Notes under the pieces: generated by a model | Database searches by the model: none | Told to the model about the DNA's origin: nothing | The model's input: only the letters and a program-made list of their open reading frames with translations | DNA from: the human T2T-CHM13v2.0 reference genome, Homo sapiens | DNA: 64,000 bases | Strand: one strand, 5' to 3' | Assembly (NCBI RefSeq): GCF_009914755.1 | Contig: NC_060947.1 | Part shown: positions 12,801 to 25,104 of the stretch, piece by piece | Layout: every line of letters starts with the position of its first letter | How positions within the stretch are numbered: the first letter of the stretch is position 1 | Position numbers and translations under genes: made by a program

Positions 12801-15800
12801 CATCTCTGGTTTCCATGAGCAGTGTTTTGCAATTCTTGTTGTACAGATCTTTCACCTCCCTGGTTAGCTGTATTTGTAGGTATTTTACTCCTTTTGTGGC
12901 AATTGTAAATGGGAGTTTGTTTCTGATTTGGCTCTTGGCTTGACTGTTGTTTTTGTACTGGAATGCTACTAATTTTTGTACATTGATTTCTGTATTCTGA
13001 AACTTTGCTGACATTGGTTACTATATCGTGGAGCTTGAGGGCTGAGACTTCAAGGTTTTCTAGATATAGAATCACGACTTCTACAAACAGGGTAGTTTGA
13101 CTTCCTCTTTTCATATTGGGATGCCTTTTATTTCTTTGTCATACCTGATTTTTTTTGGTCAGGAATTTCAGTACTATATTAATTAGGAATCGTTATAGAG
13201 GGCATCTTTATAATGATCCAGCATTCAAAAGGAATGATTCCAGGTTTTGCCCATTCAGTACGATATTGGCTGTGCGTTTGTCATAGATGGCTCTTATTAT
13301 TTTAAGGAATGTGCCTTCAATGCCTAGTTTGTTGAGAATTTATAACATAAAGCGATGTTGAATTTTGTCAAAAGACTTATCTGAATCTATTGAGATAATA
13401 ATATAATTTTCATTTTTAAGTCTGTTTATGTGATAAATCACATTTCTTGATTCGCATATGTTGAACCAAACTTGCATATGTTCAACCAAACTTGCAGCCC
13501 AAGGATAAAACCTACTTGATCATGGTGAGTTTCCTTTTCGATGTGCTGATGTGTACAGTTTGTTAGTATTTTGTTGAGTATTTTTGCATCTACGTACTTT
13601 AAGGATATTGGCCTGAGTTTTGTTGTTGTTGTGTCTCTGCCAGGTTCTGGTATCAGGATGATGCTGGTCTCATAGAGTGTTTTGGGTAGGAGACCCTCCT
13701 CCTCAATTTTTTGGAATAGTTTCAATGGGAGTGGTATCAACTCTTTTTTATATATCTGGTAGAATTAGGCTGTGAATTCATCTGGTCCTGGGCTTTTTTT
13801 TTTTTTGATTGGTAGATATTTCATTACTGATTTAATTTTGGAATTCATGATTGATCTGTTCAGTGATTCAATTTCTTTCTTGCTCAGTCTTAGGAGGATG
13901 TATGTGTCCAGGAATTTATACATTTCTTCTAGATTTTCTAGCTTTTGTGCATAAAGGTGTTTCTAGTAGTCAATGAGTAGTTTTTTTTTTTTTATGTGGG
14001 GTAGGTGGTAATGTCCCCTTTGCCATTTCTAATTGGGTTTATTTGGATTTTCTCTCTTTTTTTCTTTATTATTCTAGCTAGTGATCTATGTATCTTATTA
14101 ATTTTTTAAAAGACCATCTCCTGGATTTGTTGATTTTATGAGTGGCTTTTCATGTCTCAATTTCCTTCAGCTCAGGTCTGATTTTGGTTATTTCTTTATT
14201 TCTTCTTGCTTTGAAGTTGGTTTGCTCTTGCTTCTCTAGTTCCTGTAGTTGTGATGTTATGTTGATAATTTGAAATGTTTCTAACTTTCTGGTGTGGGAA
14301 TTTGGTGCTATAAACTTCCCTCTTTATGTGGCCTTTGCTATGTCCCAGAGATTCTGATATGTTGTATATTTGATCTCACTAGTTTCAAATAACTTCTTGA
14401 TTTCTGCCTTAATTTCATTACTTACCCAAAAGTCCTTCAGGAGCAGGTTGTTTAATTTCCATGTAAATACATGGTTTTCAGCAATTTTCTTACTGTTGAT
14501 TTCTATTTTTGTTGCACTATGGTCTGAGAGTGTGGTTATTATGATGTAAGCTTTTTTTTCTTAATTTTCTGAGTGTTGTTTGAGATCACATTGAGTGGTT
14601 GATTTTAGAGTATGTACCATGTGGTGATGACAAAAAATGTATTTTCTGTTGTTTGGGGGTGGAGTGTTCTGTAAATGTCTATTAATTTCATTTTGTCAAG
14701 TGTTGAGTATAGGCCCTGAATATTTTTGTTAATTTTTTGCCTCCATGATCTTTCTCATACTGTCAGTGGGGGTGTTGAGGTCTCTCACTATTATTGTGTG
14801 GGAATCTAAGTCTCTTTACAGGTCTCCAAGAACTTGCCTTATGAAGCTCGTTGCTCCTGTGTTGGGTGCTTACATATTTAGAACAGTTAGGTCTTCTTGG
14901 TGAATTGAACCTTTTACCATTATGTAATGCTCTTCTTTGTCTTGTTTTGTCTTTGTTGGTTTAAAGTCTGTTTTGCCTGAAATTAAGAAAGCAACGTCTG
15001 CTTCCTTCTGTTTTCCATTTGCATGGTAGATTATTCTCCATTTTTAAATTTGAGCCTATGTGTGTCATTGCATGTGAGATGGTTCTCTTTAAGACAGAAT
15101 ACATTTGGGTCTAACTTCTTTAGCTTGACGTTATGTGCCTTTTAACTGGGGTACTTAATCTGTTTACATTCAAGGTTAGTATTGACATGTGTGGATTTTA
15201 TCATGACATCATGTTTTTTTATTTATTTTGGAAAATGTTAAAATTTATTAATAATAGTTAACATCACATAGTTAATTAAACTAGTTATGTATTGTACATA
15301 ATGACAACATCTTCACTAGACTGAGTGCTCAAGGATTTGAGATGATTTGCTATTCATCACACCCCGAAGATTGAGATCCACTGTATTTACACAAGCAAAG
15401 CCATGTCAGCAAGGGACTGTCAACCTGATTCTGAGAACGCAAACATTCAAAATTTATTTCCAGTGTTCCTTTTTGGAAACCAACAACACATCTTTAATAC
15501 CTACACAAACACACACACACATCTCTACCTTTAAAAAAAAAAGTGTAACTTCATAGATAGCACCTAATCTTCAAGCTTAAAATTTAAGTTAAAATTAATC
15601 TCTATTTTGTGGACACCCTTTAGTGAACTAAAATCTACGTGAAAGCTTTTGGCTTTTGTGTAGCAGGAGACACCCACATTTTGGGTCAATTAGTGCAGAT
15701 GGGAGCAGCAGAAGAGCTACACCAGACAGCAAAGCAAGACTAGAATAAACGAGAAAGACCAGCCCCTCTCCCCTCTGTGCTCCCAGGAGGAGCTGGGCCG

Positions 15801-17658
15801 TTTTCACCTAATTACACCCAACTTTGCGTAAAAGTTGTATAATCGGACACTATTCCCAGCACAAGTTTGATAGATACACAAAAACTGGGTGCAATTTCAT
15901 CGTGAGTTTCTTTCCATTCTGATCCTTGTATCCAATTCAATAGTTACATCCCTCTATTATATAGTATCCAGGTTTAATGTCTGTGCTTTTGCGTATTTTA
16001 GGGCAGAGGCAGGCTTTCAGATTCAGAATCAACTGCACTCTTGAAAAGTAGGGATGGAAGTTTTTAAGCCACTCTCATCCCTCCCAATAAATTGAAATAA
16101 ATTAATTTTTTCCCACTAGTTTGAAATAAATATTGTGTATAAAAAAAAAACACAAAAACAGGTTAGCAGACCAATGCCAGCTCAGCCTAGGGAAGCACAT
16201 GGACAACAATTCTTGTAAAACATTTAAAATACAAACCCAAGGTGAAACTTGCTGGGAGGGCACAAATACACCAAAAATGTTGTCCCTGAGGTTTTATTTG
16301 GTTGTTTAATTTTTCTGTTTTGGTTTGTTGTTGAGGATTAGATACAACTTAAAAAAAGAAATTTTGGCGACTTCCTTTATCTTGTCAGAAAGCTTTAAAA
16401 TACTACTGACTGCCCTAAGAATAAAGATTTCTAAGCCATGAGTCCATTTGAAACGATTCCTTTGGTTTCCTTTGCTTAACATCCCATGGAATGTTGCCCC
16501 AAGAAAATCTCTAGATGGAGGAGCCAATTGCTGTGGTCTCTTCAGTCTATTGGCTCAGCCTCCATCTCTGTCCCTGCCTTCCACACACTTCCAAGACCAC
16601 AGGGGAAGGAGGAGCCAGAAGCAACCACTTTGCCATTCACTCACCCTGAAGAGGCTTCTCTTCTCTTCCCACAGGCGAATGAGGTATTTCTATGACTAGT
16701 CAGTATCTTTCTCTTCCGCCCTTTAACTACACTGAGGCCAATTCTGACAAGACTTGCATATCTGTATACATAACAAATTAACATATAAATACATTACGTA
16801 CAACTGACCATTACACGTCAAGATGAAGAAGCAGATCTACTTCAAGAACTAAATAAAATTTCAAATATAAATTAAAATGAAAATACAGTGTTTCCACTTT
16901 TGCAGGAAAAATTTGTAAAACAAACTAAAAACTCCCCCCTCCCCAAAGGTCCATTGCTGGTGGATAACATGTGCACCCCGCTGAGGTGCGACAGCTGGCC
17001 CGACTGCAGAATTCATCAACTCCTGGCTTTGGTTTCATTGCCCAGACTTGGGATTCCTTGATTCCAGGAATAGCAAATGCTGGAATCCACAGGGCAAATG
17101 CTTGTAGATGAGGTTAAAGAGGGGCTGCTGCGTGGATATCCATGGATTTCCCTCCATTGTCGCCCCTCCACCCTCCCCACGTCTGCCTGTAGGACAATCA
17201 GGCTCACGTCCTCAGTGGAGACCTCGCATATCTCTGACAGGAGAATCAGTAACAACGTCAGTGCTGGGGGATGCACCCCACCTGGAAATGTCATGTTCAG
17301 GCTCCAAGGTGAAGCAACCACATCTTCATTAGTGTCCCCATCCTGTAGAATTATACAGGGACGTGGAATTTGGCAAGGCGGATTACTAAGGGTGACAATT
17401 TTCATGTTTTAAGAGAACCAATGGGAATGGTTGTGACGCATGTGAACAAATCCTTATTTGGAACTGTATTTATCTTAATAGGGCCAAGCTCGGCCACCAA
17501 GCTCTACGATGAGATGCAGAGACAAAACCCTGTCCAGTGGGGTCCTCTCTGCCAAGGAAAAGCCAAGGGGTCTGTCTCTGACACAAAGGGATGACACCTT
17601 GTAATTTAAAACAGGGAGGAGGGAGAGAAAGAGGAAGTCCCTTCCGATTTCAGGGGTT

Positions 17659-20395
17659 CTATCGCTGTCCAGCCTCACGGATGCGGCAGAACACAGCAGT
17701 GATGAGCGCCACCCCCTTCCCGCTGCCATCCTCTGACTGCAGGAAAGACACATCACATTTCGGAGCCAGGTCCTTCACTGTCTCATGCATGACTTTGGCA
17801 AAGTGAGGATGTAGCTTGTAGAGGGTCCCATCCACACCCACTGTCACTTTGAGAGCGTCCAGCCCACGGTTTTCTCGTATCTTGTCCACCACAGCGGCCA
17901 TGCCTGCACCACAGAGCTGGGCTGCCCGCCGGGCCACCACGGTGCACACCTCCTTAACAATGATGCTGTCGTCACAGGTGCTCTCAAGCCCTAAGTGTTG
18001 CAGCAGGGCCAGGCAGTCACTCTCAATCTGAGACAAGAACTTGGTTTCAAAGATGCCCCTTGTCTTGAGTAGCTCTGAGATGTGGCCTCAGAAGAGCAGC
18101 CCACGCTTGGTGAAATCGATGAGAATGTTACCGACAATCTCACCCAGGTACATTCCATTGATCATTTTCTCGAACCTCTGCTTGCCGGGGTTGAGTGAAA
18201 GCTCATCCACAGCCACATCAAATTCTGTGTGGAAGTCATCTAGGCATCCATTGTCTCCAAAGGCCCCCCATTCCATGTTCACACACATCCGCCCCTCTTC
18301 TCCTTCCACCAGTTCCACATTGCTCATCTCTTCCATGTAGCAGACATTGCTGCCCATGCCAACCGATGAGGCCAACTTCACAGTGAGGGTCTTCAAAGCC
18401 ACAGGTCATCATAGTTCTGACTGTGTCGTTCACCACAGCAATCACATCCAGGTCAAACTCCTCTCGCCAGTGGATCGCTTCCTTCAGCAGGGTCACCACG
18501 TCCTCACCCTCGCAGCCAGATTCCTTGAAGCCTTTTGTCCACTAGAGGAGGATGCTCTCGTCCAGGCTGTTCTGCTGGCAGGGGAAGGAGAAGGTAAAAC
18601 CCAGAGGCAGGGACACGCCCTTCATGCCCATGTACTCCAGGAAGTCCTCGATGCACTGGACAATGTGGTCAAAGAGCTCGTCCCCGGTGCCATGCATGAC
18701 CTCCTGCGGGATGCCATAGATCTTGTTGTGCATCTCCACTCCACTCCACTTCCCATTCCGAATACAGACCAGCAGGACCCGGAAATTTGTTCCTCCAAGG
18801 TCCAAGGCCAAGAAGTCCCCTTTCTCTGTGCCGTCAGGGGTGGCACACACGTAGGTGGGAAGCATCTTGACGGGGGCACTGGCGTGAGTCTCCTTGCTCA
18901 GACCTCGCTCCATTTCTACCTTCATCCTCCTCTTGACCTCCAACAGCTGGTCATGGCTCAGCTGCAGAGGCTCTAGTGTCTTCTGGCGGGCACGGTGTTG
19001 ATCGGCCAGCCGGTAAGCCACTGCTGTCACCATGGCTGCACCTTTGCCACTGCCATCCTCGGAGCGGAGGAAGCAGACATAGCAGTCGGGCACCAGCCGC
19101 CACACGGTCTTATGTAGACGCTTGGCAAAATGGGGGTGTTTCTTGTAGACGGAACCGTCGACCCCAATAGTAGAGCGAAGCTGCTCCTCGCCTTTGTTCT
19201 CCTTGATGCGCTGCAGCACGGGGGCCAGGGTGGCTGTGCACAGGCTGGCGGAGTGTGTGGACACGATCTGACAGATCCGGTGAGTGGCCACGCAGTCCTC
19301 CTGAGTCGGGTCCATGCCCAACCGCATCAGGACCTCACGGGCCTTCCGGATGCCATCCTTCTCCCCTTCAGTGTCTGAGATGTCTTTGGTCTCAAAGTGA
19401 CCGGTGTTGAGAAGCTCTGGGCTGAGCTTCCCCCTAAAGAGCAGCTCCTCCTTGGCCATCTTCACCAGGATAAACCTCATCAGCTCCCCCATGTACATCC
19501 CACTGATCACCTTCTCAAACAGTTGCTTCCCCAGGTTCAGTGAGCCCATGTCAATCTCCTGGTCAAACTCAGTGCGAATGTCATTGAGCGAGCCATCGTC
19601 CCCGAAGGCCCCCCACTCCATATTGATACACATCTGCCCCTCGTCGCCTTCTACCATCTCGATGTGGCGCATCTCTTCCATGTAGCAGGCGTTGCTGCCA
19701 GTGCCCACAATGAGACCAATCTCACAGTTGTGGTCGTCATAACCACAGGTCATCATGGTCCCAACTGTGTCATTCACCACAGCCACAATGTCGATATCAA
19801 AGTCCCCTCTCCTCTGGATGGCCTTCCGGATCAGAGCCACAACGTCTCTGCCTTCCACTCCACTGGACTTGAATCCCTTGGTCCATGAGACCAGGAAACT
19901 CTCGTCTAGTTTAGTCTGGCGGCAGGGGAACGAGAAGGTAAAACCCAATGGGAGCTTCTTGTCTTTGATTTGTAGCTTATCCATGAAGTTAGCCAGCCAT
20001 TCGACAATGTGGTCAAACAGCTCGGTGTCACTGCCTCACATGATGTCCTCGGGGATGGCATAGATCTGGTTCTCCATCTCCACCTTCTGGAGCCCATTGT
20101 CCGTTACTTTCACCCAAAGCATACGGAAGTTGGTCCCTCCAAGGTCCAGAGCCAGGAACTCTCCGTGTTCTGTCCCATCTGAAGTGGACCTCACAAAGGT
20201 GGGCAGCATCTTCACTGCTGCAGTGGGGTGAGTGGTGGATCCAAGCCCTTTCTCTATCTCCTTGCGGAACCGCTTAGAGATCTCCAAGAGGGTCTCATCA
20301 GAGAGGTGCATGTGGTAGAGATACTGGTCAACCTTCTGCACTTGGTCATGGTTGAGCTCCTTGAAGAAGTAGGCAAGCAAATGCGAGGCAACCAT
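17659..20395 (-). pseudogene. HK2P1: Disabled HK2 coding region
   Basis: Stops at codon 120 (TGA, 20036-20038), codon 618 (TAG, 18542-18544) and 18088-18090; a 1-nt insertion frameshift at ~18365; an 18-nt in-frame deletion at ~18000. Both DLGGT and both VVND motifs are recognisable. Confidence 0.95.
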
Positions 20396-20827
20396 CCTGC
20401 CGCGACCCGACGGCGCAGAGTTGGAAAACCGAGGCGGGGGCACGAGCCGGGAGGCGGGCGGCGCGGTCCGACTGCTTTGTGCTGGGGCTCGGCTGCCGGG
20501 CCGGGAGCTGGGAGTCCGGACGGCGCACAAAGAAGGCTAACGCCGAGGGTGCGCCCGGCTGGCGGAGGGCGCGGGTCTCCAGAGACGTGATTTTGGCGTC
20601 ACAACTGCTAGAAGGCGCCTCAGTTCTCTCCCGGCGACGTGTCCGGTTGTCCCACGTCAAGGCGCTAACTTCGGCCACAGGATCACTGAGGCTCAACTTG
20701 AGAAGAATCTCAGCCCGGCTCCACTCGGGCAGTGGGACCTCTCCGGTTCACAGGCGCGTGGCTCCGGCCCGCGGATTTTCTTAGCTGGGTGACACGATGT
20801 TGCCAGCGGCAGCCCGGGACTCCTGCC
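20396..20827 (-). promoter_or_regulatory. CpG-island-like segment (retrocopied HK2 5'UTR)
   Basis: About 48 CpGs in ~430 nt by hand count, high GC, in an AT-rich and CpG-poor context. Confidence 0.8.
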
Positions 20828-23377
20828 GACATCATATCTTTAGCTGGTTATTATGTAAACTTGTTTGTGTGGTTGCTTTATACTGTCACTGGCCTGTATA
20901 CTTGTGTGTTTTTGTGGTCCTGGTAACATTCTTTTCTTTCCATATTTAGCACTGCCTTCAGGACCTCTTGTAAGGCAGGTCTGGTGTTAACTTATTCCCT
21001 CAGCACTTGTTTATCTGAAAAAGATCTTATTTGTTCTTTACATATGAAGGTTAGTTTGGCCGGATATGAAATTCTTGATTGGAAATTCTTTTCCTTAAGA
21101 ATGCTGATTATTGGCCCTCAATTTCTTCTGGCTTATAGAGTTTCTGCTGAAAGTTCTGCTGTTAGCCTGATGGGGTTCCCTTTGTAGGTGACCTGCCCCT
21201 TTTCTCTGTCTGCCTTTAACATTTTTTTCTTTCATTTTGACCCTTGAGAATCTAATAATTTTGTGTCTTTGAGATGGTCTTCTTATGTAGTATCTTGCAA
21301 GGGTTTTCTGCCTTTCCTTAATTTGAATGTTAACCCTTTAGTGAGGTTGGAAAAGTTTTCTTGGACAATATTCTGAGATATGTTTTCCAAGATGCTTACT
21401 TTCTCCGCATCTCTTCCGGGGACACAAGTGGGTTATAGATTTGATTTCTTTACATAATCTCATATTTCTCAGAGGTTTTGTTCATATTTTTTATTCTTTT
21501 GTTTTTAGTCTTACTGAATTATTTTAGATAGCTAGTCTTTGAGCCCTGATATTCTTTCCTTAGCTTGGTCTATCCTACTGTAAATACTTGTGATTACATT
21601 ATGAAATTCTTGTAGTGTGTTTTTCAATTCTATCAGATTTATTTAGTTCTTTTTTATAATGGTCTCTTTGTCTACCAGCTTATTTTTTATTTTATTGTAA
21701 TTCTTAGATTCCTTGGATTGGGTGTTCACTCCTGAGTTTTGATGATCTTCATTTACTATCTATACTCTGAATTCTAGTTCTGTCATTTTAGCCATTTCAG
21801 CCAGGTAAGAAGTCTTTCTTGGGAAATGGTGCAGTCATTTGGAGGAAAGAAGTCACTCTGACTTTTTTAATTGTCAGAGTTATTGTGCTGGTTCTTTCTC
21901 ATCTGTGTGGGCTGTTGTTCTTTTAACTGTGGTGTAATTTGAGTACAGGCAGTAGACTTCTTTTTAGGATGTATTCAGAGAGCTGAAGCTTTGTGCAGGG
22001 TGGTTATTTGTAGGTGAATTCTTGTCCTTTGTTTCATCGAGTATATCAGCAAAGTATTTTGGTGTAGAAGTTTTGGTCTTCAATCTAGTAGACTGTGCTG
22101 AAGTAAAATGGCCAGTATGCAGCCTCTTGCTCAATCACATGGCTTATCTGTGTTTTTTCACAATTGCAATCATGGTCCTTCTTAGTGCTCTGAAAGTTTT
22201 ATTCCTTTCCCACTTGAGTACTGGCTGCAGATCTTGGCTTGGCACTCCCAGGCTGCACACTGCAGCTCTGGGGTGAGCTCAGGCTTTATGTTCCCTCCCC
22301 ACCTTGGAGGCAGCAAGGGAAGGGACCATAGCAGTGGGTGTTACAGAGGTTCACTTGTCTCATGGAGCTTTACCCCACAGAGATGCAGAGCTGCTATCAA
22401 TTAATGTGATTGGAGTGGCTGCACTGTGGGCTCAAGCCAGGGGGAGGGGGTGCTGCTTGGTAACAACTGGGGGTGAGTGGATCACAAGGGAAGCAGATTG
22501 GCTTCTTCTCCCTCTGCAGCTTTCTGGAGGTGTGGTTAAAGCCCTCAGAGTATTTTCTCCTTTCCCAATCCAAGGGGAGCAAGGGCAGTATCATTGCAAT
22601 GGCAGTGGGAGAGGAGCTTTCAGATGGCTCTGGGAGTTTCACCTAAGAGAAATGTGGAGATGCTGTTACTGGGTATGTTCATCCAGGGGACAGGGTGACT
22701 GCACTGCTGTGCTGAGCTTGGAGCTCTGCTTTTTCAGGAGCAGAGTCAATAACTCACAGGCAGAAGAGACTGAGCTCCTCCCTCTATGTGATTGTGGCAT
22801 GCTGGGAGCATGTGTGAAGTCCTTAGGCTCTTTGTTTCTTTCCTTACACTGAGGACAGCAGGGACAGAACCACTGCTGTGACAGTGGCAGAGGGGCTGTT
22901 GGTTGCCTCTGGAAGATCTTCCCCAGGGAAACTCAGTGCCACTACCTGTAGGTGTGCTCAGCTCTGGGTGGGGCAGCTAAATTGAGGTCCTGAGCTAGGG
23001 CCCTGCCTGGTGAAAAGTGAAGTTGGGGGCGCACAAGGGAAAGGGACTGGATACCTCTCCATATCATGACTTCAGTGTGCTGGACATGCGAACACAGTGA
23101 CCAGACCCTTTGTTCCTTTCCCTGCCTGAGGGCAGTTAGGGCAGTATCACTGCAGCTGCAATGGCAGAGGGATTGTGAGTTGTCTCTTAGATTTCCTCCT
23201 GAGAGAAATGCAGAGCTGCCTCCAACTGCAGTGTTCATGTGGGGGCAGGGTAGTTGTGCTGAAGTCTCAGGTCAGGAAACCATGCCAGTACAGAGAAGTG
23301 AAATCAGGGACCCTGGAAAACAGCCTGGTCACTTTTTCCATGGAGCAGCTGTGTTGTGCTGTGGATTCACAACAGTT

Positions 23378-24072
23378 CCTAGTCAATATCATTAGTCATT
23401 ATGTAAATACAAATTATAACCACAATAAAATAGCACTTTACACCCACTAAGATATTTATAATCCAAAAGAAAGATGATAAAATGGGTTGATAAAAATGTG
23501 GAAAAAAATAGAACCTTCATATTCTGCTATTGAGAGTGTATAATGATGCATCCACATTGGAATACAGTCTGGCAGTTCTTCAAAAGGTTAAACTTAGAGC
23601 TACCATATGTCCAGGGTATTCCACTTCTAGAAGGAATGAAGATATATGTCCACATAAAACCTTGTACACAAATGTTTATAACAGAGTCATTCATAATAGC
23701 CAAAAAATAGAAATAACCCAAATGCCCATCAATTGGCAAATGGATAAACAAATGAACTGCAGACATATAAGGCAGTATTATCCAGTAATGCAAAGGAGTA
23801 AAGTATTAATACATGCTACAACACATATGAACCTTAGAAACATGCAAAATGAAAGAAACAAATTACAAAACACTACATATTGTATAATTTAACTTATGTG
23901 AAATTTCAAAGAGCTACATCTAGATATAGAAAGTAAACTGGTCATTGCCTAGGGGTAGAGAGTTTGAGGGGAAATAGAGACTAAAGTCTAATGGGTACAA
24001 AGTTTCTTTTTAGGTGATAAAGTAGTTATAATATTAAATTGTGGTAATGGTTACACAACTCTGTGGATGTAT
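23378..24072 (+). mobile_element. Old L1 (L1MB-like) ORF2 end and 3'UTR; probably the continuation of the 638-11078 element
   Basis: Typical L1M 3' motifs (CATTAGTCATT...AAATACAAATT, ACATGCTACAACACATATGAACC, GTGGTAATGGTTACACAACTCTGTG). Confidence 0.7.
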
Positions 24073-24100
24073 TCTTTTTTCTTTCTTTTTTTTTTTTTTT
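24073..24100. repeat. Poly(T)/pyrimidine tract
   Basis: TTCTTTTTTCTTTCTTTTTTTTTTTTTTT seen directly. Confidence 0.9.
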
Positions 24101-25104
24101 AAACAGGTCTACCCTCAGAAATGAATTTCAAGTTATCTGGCTTAAGCAAGGGGCAGGGAAGGAGGGTCAGTATTCGTCTGCCCATTATACCTCTAGTAAA
24201 GAAATCAGAGTCCTATTCACAAATACATGTTAGAGAATTAATGAGATGTAGGAGGGCCAAGTTTAATGTAACAAGGAAGGAAAAAATCTTCCCCTTCCGT
24301 CTCTGCAACTAGAGAAGCTACTGACAAATGACTGACATGATGATGTAGGCCTTAATGTTTTTCTTCACATCACAAAACTTCCGACTTCCTAAATTTTTGT
24401 GACATAGTGTGCTTAGGATATCATATGTCCTGATGTGAAGCAGAGAATTCATGAAGACAGTACTGGAGCAATCGACCTGCCTGGTTCCTGTACTGACACC
24501 TTGTGGTAAAAATCATAATAACAGTGAAAACAAACAGGACAACAGGCTTTCTAATTTTCTCTTTATGAGGCAATAATAATCAGGACTAACCCCTTAGCTT
24601 TTACTAATTAAGCCTTTCTGGTGATCTCATTGCTCTCATAGAAGGGAATAAAACATTTTTCTATAGTCATGATGAGGGCTCAGGGTGTTTTATTATTTCA
24701 AATATTAAACGAATGTGACCTCCTTTTGTAGCCCTAGCTGATGAAACAATGTGTGAGAAATACATACTCATTTTTAAATAGCCTGTAAAGCTTGTCAAAA
24801 TGGATCTCTGTTGGCAGAGAAACAAGGTATCAATTTTCATCATATGGCAAAAAAATTTTATGTCAGATTTCTTTCTTCTGTTTTTCAATTATGGTATTTA
24901 TATGAGCAACTACATATAGTATGATCAAGGAAAGATGTAGTGTGATAGGATGAGGAATAATGCTGAATGTCAGAGACTTGGCTTTGAGTAACTGCCCTGA
25001 GTTGTACATTATGTGCATGCATGTCATAGAAAATATTTGGCTCTAGAAACATAAAAATGATTCCCTTTGGAGCAAATCCTTGCTATCATTAAATAAAGCA
25101 CAAC

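Larger units (their letters stand above)
15219..20827 (-). pseudogene. HK2P1: Processed pseudogene of hexokinase 2, full-length mRNA copy (5'UTR, CDS, 2.4-kb 3'UTR)
   Basis: Intronless HK2 CDS from ATG 20395 ([11 protein letters not shown]) to stop 17659 (...RIREAGQR). AATAAA at 15244-15249 (-) and an A-rich tail at ~15214-15229. 14-bp TSD GACATCATGTTTTT (15205-15218) / GACATCATATCTTT (20828-20841). Confidence 0.97.
11079..23375 (-). mobile_element. Older primate L1 (L1PA15/16-like), near full length, split by HK2P1
   Basis: T-rich tail and 3'UTR at ~11079-11320, decayed ORF2 to ~15150, resumption at 20828 with ORF1 (~20950-21950), and a 5'UTR of ~270-bp subrepeats (22280-23375). Confidence 0.85.

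Noticed and set aside
13454-13496. 20-bp tandem duplication (similar ones at ~38660 and ~54281)
   Set aside because: Ordinary slippage duplications in dead L1s.
18542-19984. Functional hexokinase gene
   Set aside because: Intronless, with poly(A), TSD, three stops and a frameshift: a processed pseudogene.
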